This document shows, piece after piece, positions 36,447 through 45,341 of a stretch of 64,000 bases of DNA. The stretch spans positions 1 through 64,000 of the IMG/VR virus record IMGVR_UViG_3300009187_000021; one strand, given 5' to 3'. Below the pieces are notes generated by a model, which did not search any database, was not told where the DNA came from, and worked only from the letters and a program-made list of their open reading frames with translations. Numbering within the stretch: the stretch's first letter is position 1; every line of letters begins with the position of its first letter. The DNA comes from a virus. The translations under genes and the position numbers were made by a program.

Positions 36447-37967
36447 TTAAAATAGTTCCATATTCGTTCGTTCTGTTGACTTAACATTGTGTGAAATCAA
36501 TCCTTCTGTGATATATGTATGCGCTTGATCAATCTCAAATTTAATGACTTCACCGTCACCAATGTCTGTAATAGAAACAATTTCTTTACTACTCAGATCA
36601 TAAATTACATCATAGTTCATTCCCATTACAGATTCACCAACGGAAATATCACACACTTTTTTCCAAGAATCATCAGACATTAAAAATTTATGCGTAGAAG
36701 AGACTTTAAGTTTTTTACCATTAGCAAATTCAATTTCAACTTTAGGTTGAATCATTCTTTCTGCTTCTAGAATCTTGAATGTTCCAGGTTCTCTTGAGTG
36801 TTCGTGAATCGTTATAACTTTATCGCCAACATTTAAATCGCCGGCACGAACCCAATGTGAATCTTCACAGAAAATTAGTGTGTCTGGATCTGGACAACCA
36901 CCACCATATGAAACATCGTTAATAGGAACTAATGTACCATTAGTGATAGCATCGAGTGCACCATCTGATTGACGATATATTTCAGTTGCTGACGTGGTTG
37001 TTCCTCGACTTGTTGTTGTCGTAGAAGCACCAGTACCAGCAGAGAATTGTGAATCAGCAGCCTTATCAAATGTACCAGAAGCAAAATAAGTTGCCTGTGC
37101 ATATGTTGTTTCAGATCCTAATTGATTCACATAATTACCGGTGGTTGGATCAGTGCCAACATATCTGTTATCAAGTCTAAAGATTCTGTTACCTGTTGGG
37201 AAAATACCACCACGAAGATAGAATACACCGGAACATTTACCGATTTCATTACTTGATGGTTTTCCAATAGAATATGTACTCTGACCAGCAATAAAAGATA
37301 GTCCACCTGCACTTAATGTTGCAACTTTTGTTGTTCCATTATATGCAGTAATTGTTCTGACAGGATAATCCGCAACAACTTCATCTGTGTATGTGGTGTC
37401 GGATGAAGTATTTGTTGAAACAGTAATGATGTTAAACGTATTACCATTGTAGTAATTATTTACAGAAGATGCTCTGCCATTCAGTGTAACGTATTGTGTA
37501 GATGTATTTGATACAGCAACTTTACCAGATAGATGACCGAAAGCAGAAATAGTACCAGAATCGGTAGAGTTTACATATACACCATATGAATCATAGTATG
37601 CATTATAAAGAGTACCACCCACAACTAAATCGGTAGGAATATTATCAAAGTCATCAATGATGTAAAGTCTCATATCAACTATAGTACCAGAACCTTTCTT
37701 ATATACGTCAATAATTGTTCCGGTCTTGATAAAACTAGAATTTGTTGGTTTGTATCCAACGACATCGCCGACTTTAAAATTACCAGATGTGTTTGTAACA
37801 TCGATGGTATTTGGTCTTCTGATTAATCGTGTGACGCGATACTCATCAAACCATGCATCAAGTTCTGTGTCAGAAAGTAAATTCGACACATTAAAAGTGA
37901 TTTGTTTCTCACGGCAGTATGGAACTACTGGTGGTATTGTTGCAGTTGTCGTTATAGTTGTTGCCAT
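36447..37967 (-). CDS. Middle part of the DUF4815/VrlC-like protein, with a C-terminal Hint domain
   Basis: VPYCREKQITF...AWFD and GVFYL...F.TG.RIFRL...AQATYFASG; Hint domain at the end. Confidence 0.72.
   Translation of the reverse strand: MATTITTTATIPPVVPYCREKQITFNVSNLLSDTELDAWFDEYRVTRLIRRPNTIDVTNTSGNFKVGDVVGYKPTNSSFIKTGTIIDVYKKGSGTIVDMRLYIIDDFDNIPTDLVVGGTLYNAYYDSYGVYVNSTDSGTISAFGHLSGKVAVSNTSTQYVTLNGRASSVNNYYNGNTFNIITVSTNTSSDTTYTDEVVADYPVRTITAYNGTTKVATLSAGGLSFIAGQSTYSIGKPSSNEIGKCSGVFYLRGGIFPTGNRIFRLDNRYVGTDPTTGNYVNQLGSETTYAQATYFASGTFDKAADSQFSAGTGASTTTTSRGTTTSATEIYRQSDGALDAITNGTLVPINDVSYGGGCPDPDTLIFCEDSHWVRAGDLNVGDKVITIHEHSREPGTFKILEAERMIQPKVEIEFANGKKLKVSSTHKFLMSDDSWKKVCDISVGESVMGMNYDVIYDLSSKEIVSITDIGDGEVIKFEIDQAHTYITEGLISHNVKSTERTNMELF
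36486..36896 (-). other. Hint (intein-like) domain, 137 aa, no endonuclease
   Basis: C1-PDPDTLI..., DLNVGDKV, block B-like LKVSSTHKFL, block G-like HTYITEGLISHN; the +1 residue is Val. Confidence 0.85.
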
Positions 37968-37977
37968 TTTTTATCTC

Positions 37978-40900
37978 TTAAAAATCAATTACTTGTTCAA
38001 ATTGGACATACATAACATCACCGTAGTATGCAATTCTAAGTGCCATACATCCTATATCAAGTGTGTTTGTTGCGTCATAATACAATGTGTGATTGCCAGC
38101 TGTAACATATATAGAGGTCGCGTATACATTAGAAGGTGCATACACCGGTGTGTTGAAACCGTTAGTTGTTGTTACACCACCAGCATAAGCCATTCCAGAT
38201 GAACCAAAAACATTAGTGCCATCTAGTGTTACGGTTCCAGTATCATCAACTGAACCTTCAAATAGATAGTATCCAGATTTAGTAAATGTGACGGTATATG
38301 TTCTGTTGAATGTTTTATTTGTTCTACCTAAATCTGCATATCCCCAAACACCAAATTCATTTCTAAATTGACCAGCATCTCCCTGTTGTGAAGTGTATAC
38401 CGCAGCACTTCCAGTTGGTGGATTATTGCTCGTGAATATTGCATTAATTGATGTGCCAGGAATGGGACCAACCTTGATATACTCAGGTGGAGGTATATCT
38501 TTAGTCACAGGACCTTGACTTGATGGAGGAGTATATACATCTATCCAGTTATCAATAGCTGGAGAAATTGTCATCAGACCTTCGACGTTTCTGGTAGTGA
38601 AAGAGTTGATGTTAACTTCGCGTGATGCTAATTTCTGAACAACCAATTCTTTCTGTGTGTATGGTAGAGTGAAAACGTTTGTTGTTCCAACTTTGTGTGG
38701 TTGATAGAACAACTCAGAAACTGCCTGTTCAACTGAAATAGGTTTAGCAACAACAGGATCATAATCTTTATTGTAAAGATCGAAAGATTCTGTTGTAGTT
38801 GCAGGAGATAAAGTTCCGTTTGTCGTATCAATTTGTGCAAAGTAACTATTATTATAAGTATCTGCGACAGAGAAAGTTGTGAAGTTGTCAACAAGAATAC
38901 CATTCTTGAATCGATTCAAACCAAAGTTATCTTGGATTTGTAAAGAAGTTGCAGACTGTTCAAGAAGATTTAATGATGTGTAATACTCTAGGTTCTCAAT
39001 TCTTTCATTCAGTCCAGAGATATCTTTCATCAACCATGTCCTATGTGTGATAGGAATGATCGATAGATTTGGAATAACACCAGGATACTCGCCAGGAATG
39101 TATGCTGTGTATGGATCATACACCAGTTTTGCAAGTATAAGACTATTCGATTCTTCTGGTGGATATGCAGGTGTCAACGATGGTACACCTTGAACCAATT
39201 TGATAACAGAATCTTTAGTGAGAACTAATAGATCTTTTCTACCCAAATAGTAGTAGTAATCTGAAGTAAACGAAGACTCATCTTCTGGTAACAATGAACC
39301 ATAGAAATTACTTGTCGTAGGAGTTACAGAATATTTAAATAAGTTTATATCAGATTGAACATTCCTAACTTGTGGTCTGAAATCAATACAATCTCTTAAT
39401 TGATATGTTGTGCCGCCAGAAGATGTGAATGTTCCAATCTCTGCATAATTTTCATTTGAATATGAATTAATATTAAAGTATCCGTCACCGCCAGAATGTT
39501 CATAGTAATCAAATAGAATCCACAATCTAGTTGGAACTGGATAACCAGGTTTCAATGAAATCGATGCGTGACCATAGTATGTGTCACGTTGACCATTATC
39601 AAACGAGAAGTTATTAGTGACATCTTTATTAGTATCAGTCAACATCGATAGTGTCGGTGTTGCTGCACCAGGATCAACAATCTTGACGATTTTCTTAACG
39701 TCAGACACATAAAGAGATTGTGGAAGTCCAGATGTGACGATTGCAGAACTACTGTTAACGTAGATTTGACCCTTAGATAAATCTATTAATGTGTTAGTGT
39801 TAACAATCCCAGAAGCACCAACGATACCTAATCCATAGGTATTTGCAGTAGCTAAAGTCTTAGTCTTTCTGACATAACTTGTGTTGTCAGCACCAATAAT
39901 ATTCATGCGTGAGTAAATCGATGCAGTAAATGGTAACAAATCTGGTGCAGAGAATGTTGCTGTAGTCTTCTGTGAATTGACAACAACAGTTCTATTAAGT
40001 CCTGCGATTGCATTTCCAACAAAAGGAATAATCTGACCATTAGTCAAGTTTGCATTCGACTGTTTATCAGTACATACGACAATAAAGTTTTGTTTAATCG
40101 AATCGATGCTTTCAGCAGAACCAGTTCTAATAAAGTTCAATACAGATTGTGCAGCAACATCAATCGTAAGTGCTTTGTAAACACCTGTAGTAGTTGTTGT
40201 GAATGCTTGACCTCGATAAACTTGTGTAGAAACATATGATGCATCTGATACAGAAGATACATATGGATTACCAAGTTGAAAAACTAATTCTGCATCGCCC
40301 GCGTCTGCAACAAATGTATCACCAGTCGAAAGAGAACCAACCTTACTTCTGTTGTCGATCTGTGCAGAACCATAAACAGTAAATGGTGCAGATCCACCAA
40401 CTTTTGCAAAACTTTCAATGTCTTTTACTGCACTCTTGATAGAGAATTTTGAAGCGTTTGTTGGCAATACAGTAAAGACTGGTGAAACTTTCAATATTTT
40501 AATTGTTGAGTTTGCAAAATATGTTTCAATAGTTCTAGTTTGCCCAGCACCAGGACCGCTATCGATAGATAGAATCATGCCACCATATAAGTTTGCCACA
40601 CGGGTGCTAAATGTTGCGAGTGTATTATTATTAACAGAAACAGTGTTCGCATTAGCAAACTCAACATTTCCAGATAAAGATTTAACCGTTAAATCTGATA
40701 TGTGTGCTTTGTACACATAAGATGTTGTATCAGAATCAGTTCCGCTGGTATTATAACGAAGATAACGTAATCGACCAGTCGCAGCAAGAGTTGAATTATA
40801 TGTCATCGTATTCGTAGTTGTAACCATTGCTGTATTACAAATATGAAAATCGATTGCTTGTGATGTTGTCGTATCAATGTAGTCGCCGTTGGCGCCTGCA

Positions 40901-42054
40901 AGTGTATTCACATAGAAGTAATTACCATATGCAGGAGTAACAATATTGTTATTAATGTTTGCAGTTGTTCTTGCTCTATCGGCATCTAGTTTTAGAGTGC
41001 TTTGATTTTCTGTTCTGTAACCATGAACATACGCAAGACCAGGGCCAACATTAAGAATATACTTGTCAGTTCCTGAAGTGAAAGTATTCTTCGAAGGAAT
41101 TATACTAAAATTCTTGACAACAAAGTCACCATTAGTTTCAAATGTTCTCTTTGCAAAGTAGTCATCAATCTGTGAATATGACGTAGAATTAACTTGACGA
41201 ATGATTTCACCAGACTCAACTCGTGCCAATTCAATAAAGTTCGAATCAGCACCTGCACCATCAGTTGACTTCTTAGTTGTCAGAGTTAAATTGATTGTAT
41301 ATCTGTCTGCGCCTGGTCCTTGAAAGTTCGATGAACCTAATGCTGGATCCAACAATGTTGAATCTGTAACATAGTCTGTGACATACTCAACAATATCTAG
41401 ACCAATTCTAGCGTTTGGAGTATTATCATACTTGTTTAGAATGATTGTCTGTGGTAACACATCGACAAAGTTACCAATGGAATACTTGTTGTATGTACCA
41501 TCATCATTTTCTTTAGACGATGTTGAGTAACCATTGACAACATAAAATATGCCATTTGCAACTGACGCAATCGAAGATTTACCATTTGCATTTGATGTAA
41601 CAGTTGTTGCAACAGTACCATTCTCTATTGTGTCTAGTATTAAAACATTAGCACTGTTTGTAAACTTAGTCGAAGAAGAATATGTTAGAATTAGAGTAGG
41701 AGGATCGCCATCAGCTACACCCTCTTCAGTTGCAACAACATAAGCTATAACTTTACCTGTAGCGTCCGTGATATATTGATTTTTAAAATCAGATGCAACG
41801 ATTTCTGAACCAGCATACTCATAGTTTAGTTTTAGATATTCGACATTAGTGTCAATCGTTAACTTACCGCCTTTGATTGGCGTGTTCTGTGTGAAGAAGT
41901 GATCCGCAAAATTAGAGATTTGATTCTGAAGAATCGTCTGCGCCTGAGTTAACTCTCTTGCTTGAACTGCACGACCTGGTCTAAAAAGAATCTTGTGATA
42001 ATTATTACTTGGATCAAAATCGTCATAATAGGGATCCACATTAAAATTTAACAT
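37978..42054 (-). CDS. DUF4815/VrlC-like large virion structural protein (N-terminal part), with a C-terminal PA14-like module
   Basis: FNVDPYYDDFD...ILFRPGRAVQARELTQAQTILQNQI; PGADRY; RIENLEYYTSLNLLE; RFKNGILVDNF. Confidence 0.82.
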   Translation of the reverse strand: MLNFNVDPYYDDFDPSNNYHKILFRPGRAVQARELTQAQTILQNQISNFADHFFTQNTPIKGGKLTIDTNVEYLKLNYEYAGSEIVASDFKNQYITDATGKVIAYVVATEEGVADGDPPTLILTYSSSTKFTNSANVLILDTIENGTVATTVTSNANGKSSIASVANGIFYVVNGYSTSSKENDDGTYNKYSIGNFVDVLPQTIILNKYDNTPNARIGLDIVEYVTDYVTDSTLLDPALGSSNFQGPGADRYTINLTLTTKKSTDGAGADSNFIELARVESGEIIRQVNSTSYSQIDDYFAKRTFETNGDFVVKNFSIIPSKNTFTSGTDKYILNVGPGLAYVHGYRTENQSTLKLDADRARTTANINNNIVTPAYGNYFYVNTLAGANGDYIDTTTSQAIDFHICNTAMVTTTNTMTYNSTLAATGRLRYLRYNTSGTDSDTTSYVYKAHISDLTVKSLSGNVEFANANTVSVNNNTLATFSTRVANLYGGMILSIDSGPGAGQTRTIETYFANSTIKILKVSPVFTVLPTNASKFSIKSAVKDIESFAKVGGSAPFTVYGSAQIDNRSKVGSLSTGDTFVADAGDAELVFQLGNPYVSSVSDASYVSTQVYRGQAFTTTTTGVYKALTIDVAAQSVLNFIRTGSAESIDSIKQNFIVVCTDKQSNANLTNGQIIPFVGNAIAGLNRTVVVNSQKTTATFSAPDLLPFTASIYSRMNIIGADNTSYVRKTKTLATANTYGLGIVGASGIVNTNTLIDLSKGQIYVNSSSAIVTSGLPQSLYVSDVKKIVKIVDPGAATPTLSMLTDTNKDVTNNFSFDNGQRDTYYGHASISLKPGYPVPTRLWILFDYYEHSGGDGYFNINSYSNENYAEIGTFTSSGGTTYQLRDCIDFRPQVRNVQSDINLFKYSVTPTTSNFYGSLLPEDESSFTSDYYYYLGRKDLLVLTKDSVIKLVQGVPSLTPAYPPEESNSLILAKLVYDPYTAYIPGEYPGVIPNLSIIPITHRTWLMKDISGLNERIENLEYYTSLNLLEQSATSLQIQDNFGLNRFKNGILVDNFTTFSVADTYNNSYFAQIDTTNGTLSPATTTESFDLYNKDYDPVVAKPISVEQAVSELFYQPHKVGTTNVFTLPYTQKELVVQKLASREVNINSFTTRNVEGLMTISPAIDNWIDVYTPPSSQGPVTKDIPPPEYIKVGPIPGTSINAIFTSNNPPTGSAAVYTSQQGDAGQFRNEFGVWGYADLGRTNKTFNRTYTVTFTKSGYYLFEGSVDDTGTVTLDGTNVFGSSGMAYAGGVTTTNGFNTPVYAPSNVYATSIYVTAGNHTLYYDATNTLDIGCMALRIAYYGDVMYVQFEQVIDF

Positions 42055-42058
42055 TCTT

Positions 42059-43438
42059 CTAATATCCTAAAACTAGTTTAAATTGTTCAGATCCATCCGC
42101 ACTTCTTGTGACAGCTTGTCTATTTTCAACGTACATCAAATATCCAGAGAATGGAACAAAGAGTGTATCATTCTTTTGTAGTGCGACTCTTGCTGTTTTA
42201 GAAGAATCACCATAAAATATTTGATTTAAGTTTGCAGTACCTTGATTATTTAGTAACTTTAATTGATTCGTTGATGTGTCGAAACTTAATGTCGTTGCAG
42301 TAAAGTATGCAGTGGCCAGTAATCCGTTGTTAGATTGAAACACAGTTTCATCTTGATTATATGTTCCAGATCCAGTCGAAACCAGATAGTCGGTTGATAG
42401 TCTGTATGTCGTTGAGTTTGCGATTATCTTATCTGATCCAAAGTAAACATACGGATTTGAGATTAGACCGATTTGTCTAAAGTCAATGTCTGTTGGTATG
42501 GCACCAGATTCAGACTTATCAAAAGATGCAGTCACCATAATGTGTCTGCAACCTAATTCAGAAATTGGATTGAATCCATGTCCACCAATAGAAGAAGGAT
42601 ACACTACGGCAGTTGCATTAGATCCATTTGCAGATGAGATTGTGACGTTAGCAAAAGTATAGTTCGAACCAGTATTCGAAACTGTAATATCTGTAACTAC
42701 ACCGAGAGAGATTGTTGCATTTCCAGAAGCATATTTTCCATCACCCGTGATAGTTACAAAGACATCAACGTTTGCTGGATCATATCCAGAACCACCATTA
42801 GTCACGTTAATAACATCAATCGAACCAGATCCAGCAAAAGTGTCAACTGCATTCGGAACTGACTGTGGTAAAGGAACTGGCATCCATGTGTCATCTAGAA
42901 ACTTAATCTTGTTAGCATATGTAATCGTGTACATATACTTCCATTTGTATCCGTCACTACTTTGAAAGACATTGTTTGTATTAAATGTACCGGGTTCGAA
43001 GTATGGTTCTTTTGAAGTGATACCACCATTATTATTCCACAGGCACTTGAATACTTGATCAAATTTATTCTTGGCATAGAATCTTTTCGTAATAGTTCCG
43101 TTTGGATCACGTTGAAACATGTCAATATCATCACGATAGTAATCGTATACTTCACCTAAATTCCAATCGATTCTCTCTACAACCGGTACCATGTCATTTG
43201 AAGTAATCTTCTTCGCAATGAACATGTTTTTGTAAAGATCTTTGATGTATTTCTGTGTCTGCAATGGTGCAGGTGGATTAGTCTCAGTTGTCCACGTTTG
43301 CACCCTAGAAAGAAAACAATACATTGAATTCAAATACTCACCAGTCGAAGGAAGAATCACCGACGATGAATAATACGTTGACGTAGAATGAAATACGCCA
43401 GAGTTGTATGTTAAAAGACCTACGTTTGCTGATGCCAT
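42059..43438 (-). CDS. gp8: Baseplate wedge subunit gp8
   Basis: VVERIDW..G..YD.Y; VFKCLWNNNG; DGYKWKYMYTI; GHGFNPISELG; FRQIGLISNP; SGYLMYVENRQAVTRSADGSEQFKLVL. Confidence 0.88.
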   Translation of the reverse strand: MASANVGLLTYNSGVFHSTSTYYSSSVILPSTGEYLNSMYCFLSRVQTWTTETNPPAPLQTQKYIKDLYKNMFIAKKITSNDMVPVVERIDWNLGEVYDYYRDDIDMFQRDPNGTITKRFYAKNKFDQVFKCLWNNNGGITSKEPYFEPGTFNTNNVFQSSDGYKWKYMYTITYANKIKFLDDTWMPVPLPQSVPNAVDTFAGSGSIDVINVTNGGSGYDPANVDVFVTITGDGKYASGNATISLGVVTDITVSNTGSNYTFANVTISSANGSNATAVVYPSSIGGHGFNPISELGCRHIMVTASFDKSESGAIPTDIDFRQIGLISNPYVYFGSDKIIANSTTYRLSTDYLVSTGSGTYNQDETVFQSNNGLLATAYFTATTLSFDTSTNQLKLLNNQGTANLNQIFYGDSSKTARVALQKNDTLFVPFSGYLMYVENRQAVTRSADGSEQFKLVLGY

Positions 43439-43451
43439 GTTTTAATACCGA

Positions 43452-45338
43452 TTAAGAATATGATACTGAACAATATGTATTTGCAAGATCGCCAGCAAAT
43501 GAATAATATTTAATTCTCGCTGTTGTTAGACTACCCAGTGTGAATGTTGTTGCACCGACTGTAGAGTTAACAGCAGAACAACCGTGTGTGATTGTTTTAT
43601 TTGAACCACCACCGGTAGCATAATTAGTGATGAATAAAGTGATATCAGAACCTGTTTTAAAATTAGACAACGTAACTGCCATATTCGCAACAACGTTACA
43701 ACGAACCCATGTGTCTGTTCCAAAATCTAATGTAATCGCTGTTTGATTTCCTGCGTAACTTCTTGTATTGAAAATTAATCCATTTGGAACATATATGGTA
43801 GAATTTGCATCGTCAATGATCGCTGTATTACTTGCTTGAATTAGATTGTTGTTTGCAAAGAGAATAGCGCCGTTTGGTTTACCATACGCTTGCCGGGCCG
43901 CAATATCAATTTGAATTTTGCCATTTGCAGTTCCGTTTGATAGAATCTTTGCCACTTGATATACGGCATTTGCTCCAGTCGGTGCTACGTTTGTTGCTTG
44001 ACCAGGAGTAGTAGACAAGAAGATTATCTGTCCATTGTTGCCAAAAGAAGATGCGTCCATGTCAGACACGATTCCCTTTGTATACACAAATCCATATGCA
44101 CCATTTGCAATACCAACTTTAACAAATCCTTCGACTGTTGCGTTTGCAGCAGATCCTGCATCAGCAAGAACAACATAAGGAACAGCATTCTGAGTTACTA
44201 CACCAGCTAATCGTACCCATGAGTTTGAAGCAATTGCAGAACCAGTACCGTTATATATACGTTCAAATAAAACTTTCGAGATGGCTGGTCTATCACCAGT
44301 TACGTCAGTGTCTTGTACTAAAGAGATTGTATTTGCAGAGTACCAAACTTGACCAGACGTTTGTGTTGGTGAAATTAATTGTGGAAACCACTGAATAGAA
44401 TTCGAAGTAGACGTTGAAGAAATAATATTAGAGAAGAACACATTACCATACAAAGTATTACATGTTAATGTACCAGTAATATTTATATCTTTCGTAAACT
44501 GAGCAGTGTTTGCTCTAAACGTATCAACGAAAATACCTTGATTGGGAGAGTTCGCAACCAGATTACCAGATAGACGAAGTTCTTGTAGTTGAATGCTCGC
44601 AGTGTTTTGAACTGCCGTGTTTGATAGATTGAATGCAGCGTTTGCATGTGTGAATGTATTATTTGCTTTATCGAATGCTGCCTGAGAAGATAACGCTGAT
44701 CCACTGGCAGCAGTGGTTTGTGTAGTACCATCGGAGAACACAAAAGAACCAGTGGTCCTAACATTACTAGCCGTTAAGTTACCAGTCACACTCAATGGTT
44801 TCAAAAAATCAAAAGCAGAGTTGCTGACTCTACCAACAATGTTGTCTGAACTTAATCCACCAACCATGAAAATAATATTTGCACGAGTGGATGCTGTACC
44901 GATTATTAGATTACCTTGTGCGCTTGTCGTGGATGGACCGTAGACGTAGACATAACCATCATATGCTTTAAATGCGCTATAGTTTAATGGATCAGAGAAT
45001 GTTTTGCCACTGATACCAAAGTCAATGTAACTATTTGAGTTGTCACTATCACTCGTTGATGCAACAAAGTCAGAAGATCCATTTGAATTAAAATTCTGAA
45101 GATTAATTTGTAAGAATGTGTTACTGCTTGATGCAAACTGTCCGATTACGTTTTGATAAAGAATTGAATTATTGCCTACGTTCAGAACTTCATTAGAGAA
45201 TAAACCTCTGGCTAAAACATTAGCAGTAATTCTTCCAGTGATATTCGTGGGTAAATCCACACCCACAAATATTGTATTTGATGTATTACTTTGGATTGCT
45301 GCAATTACTGGCAGTTCAGAGATTTTTACTAATGACAT
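43452..45338 (-). CDS. Baseplate-associated fibre protein (VKISELP N-terminus)
   Basis: Located between gp7 and gp8; QINLQNFN..GSSDFVA...YIDFGI module also present in the giant fibre. Confidence 0.65.
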   Translation of the reverse strand: MSLVKISELPVIAAIQSNTSNTIFVGVDLPTNITGRITANVLARGLFSNEVLNVGNNSILYQNVIGQFASSSNTFLQINLQNFNSNGSSDFVASTSDSDNSNSYIDFGISGKTFSDPLNYSAFKAYDGYVYVYGPSTTSAQGNLIIGTASTRANIIFMVGGLSSDNIVGRVSNSAFDFLKPLSVTGNLTASNVRTTGSFVFSDGTTQTTAASGSALSSQAAFDKANNTFTHANAAFNLSNTAVQNTASIQLQELRLSGNLVANSPNQGIFVDTFRANTAQFTKDINITGTLTCNTLYGNVFFSNIISSTSTSNSIQWFPQLISPTQTSGQVWYSANTISLVQDTDVTGDRPAISKVLFERIYNGTGSAIASNSWVRLAGVVTQNAVPYVVLADAGSAANATVEGFVKVGIANGAYGFVYTKGIVSDMDASSFGNNGQIIFLSTTPGQATNVAPTGANAVYQVAKILSNGTANGKIQIDIAARQAYGKPNGAILFANNNLIQASNTAIIDDANSTIYVPNGLIFNTRSYAGNQTAITLDFGTDTWVRCNVVANMAVTLSNFKTGSDITLFITNYATGGGSNKTITHGCSAVNSTVGATTFTLGSLTTARIKYYSFAGDLANTYCSVSYS

Positions 45339-45341
45339 TTT

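Noticed and set aside
36486-36896. Mobile, splicing intein
   Set aside because: No homing endonuclease, Val at +1, and only a 12-residue C-terminal flank.
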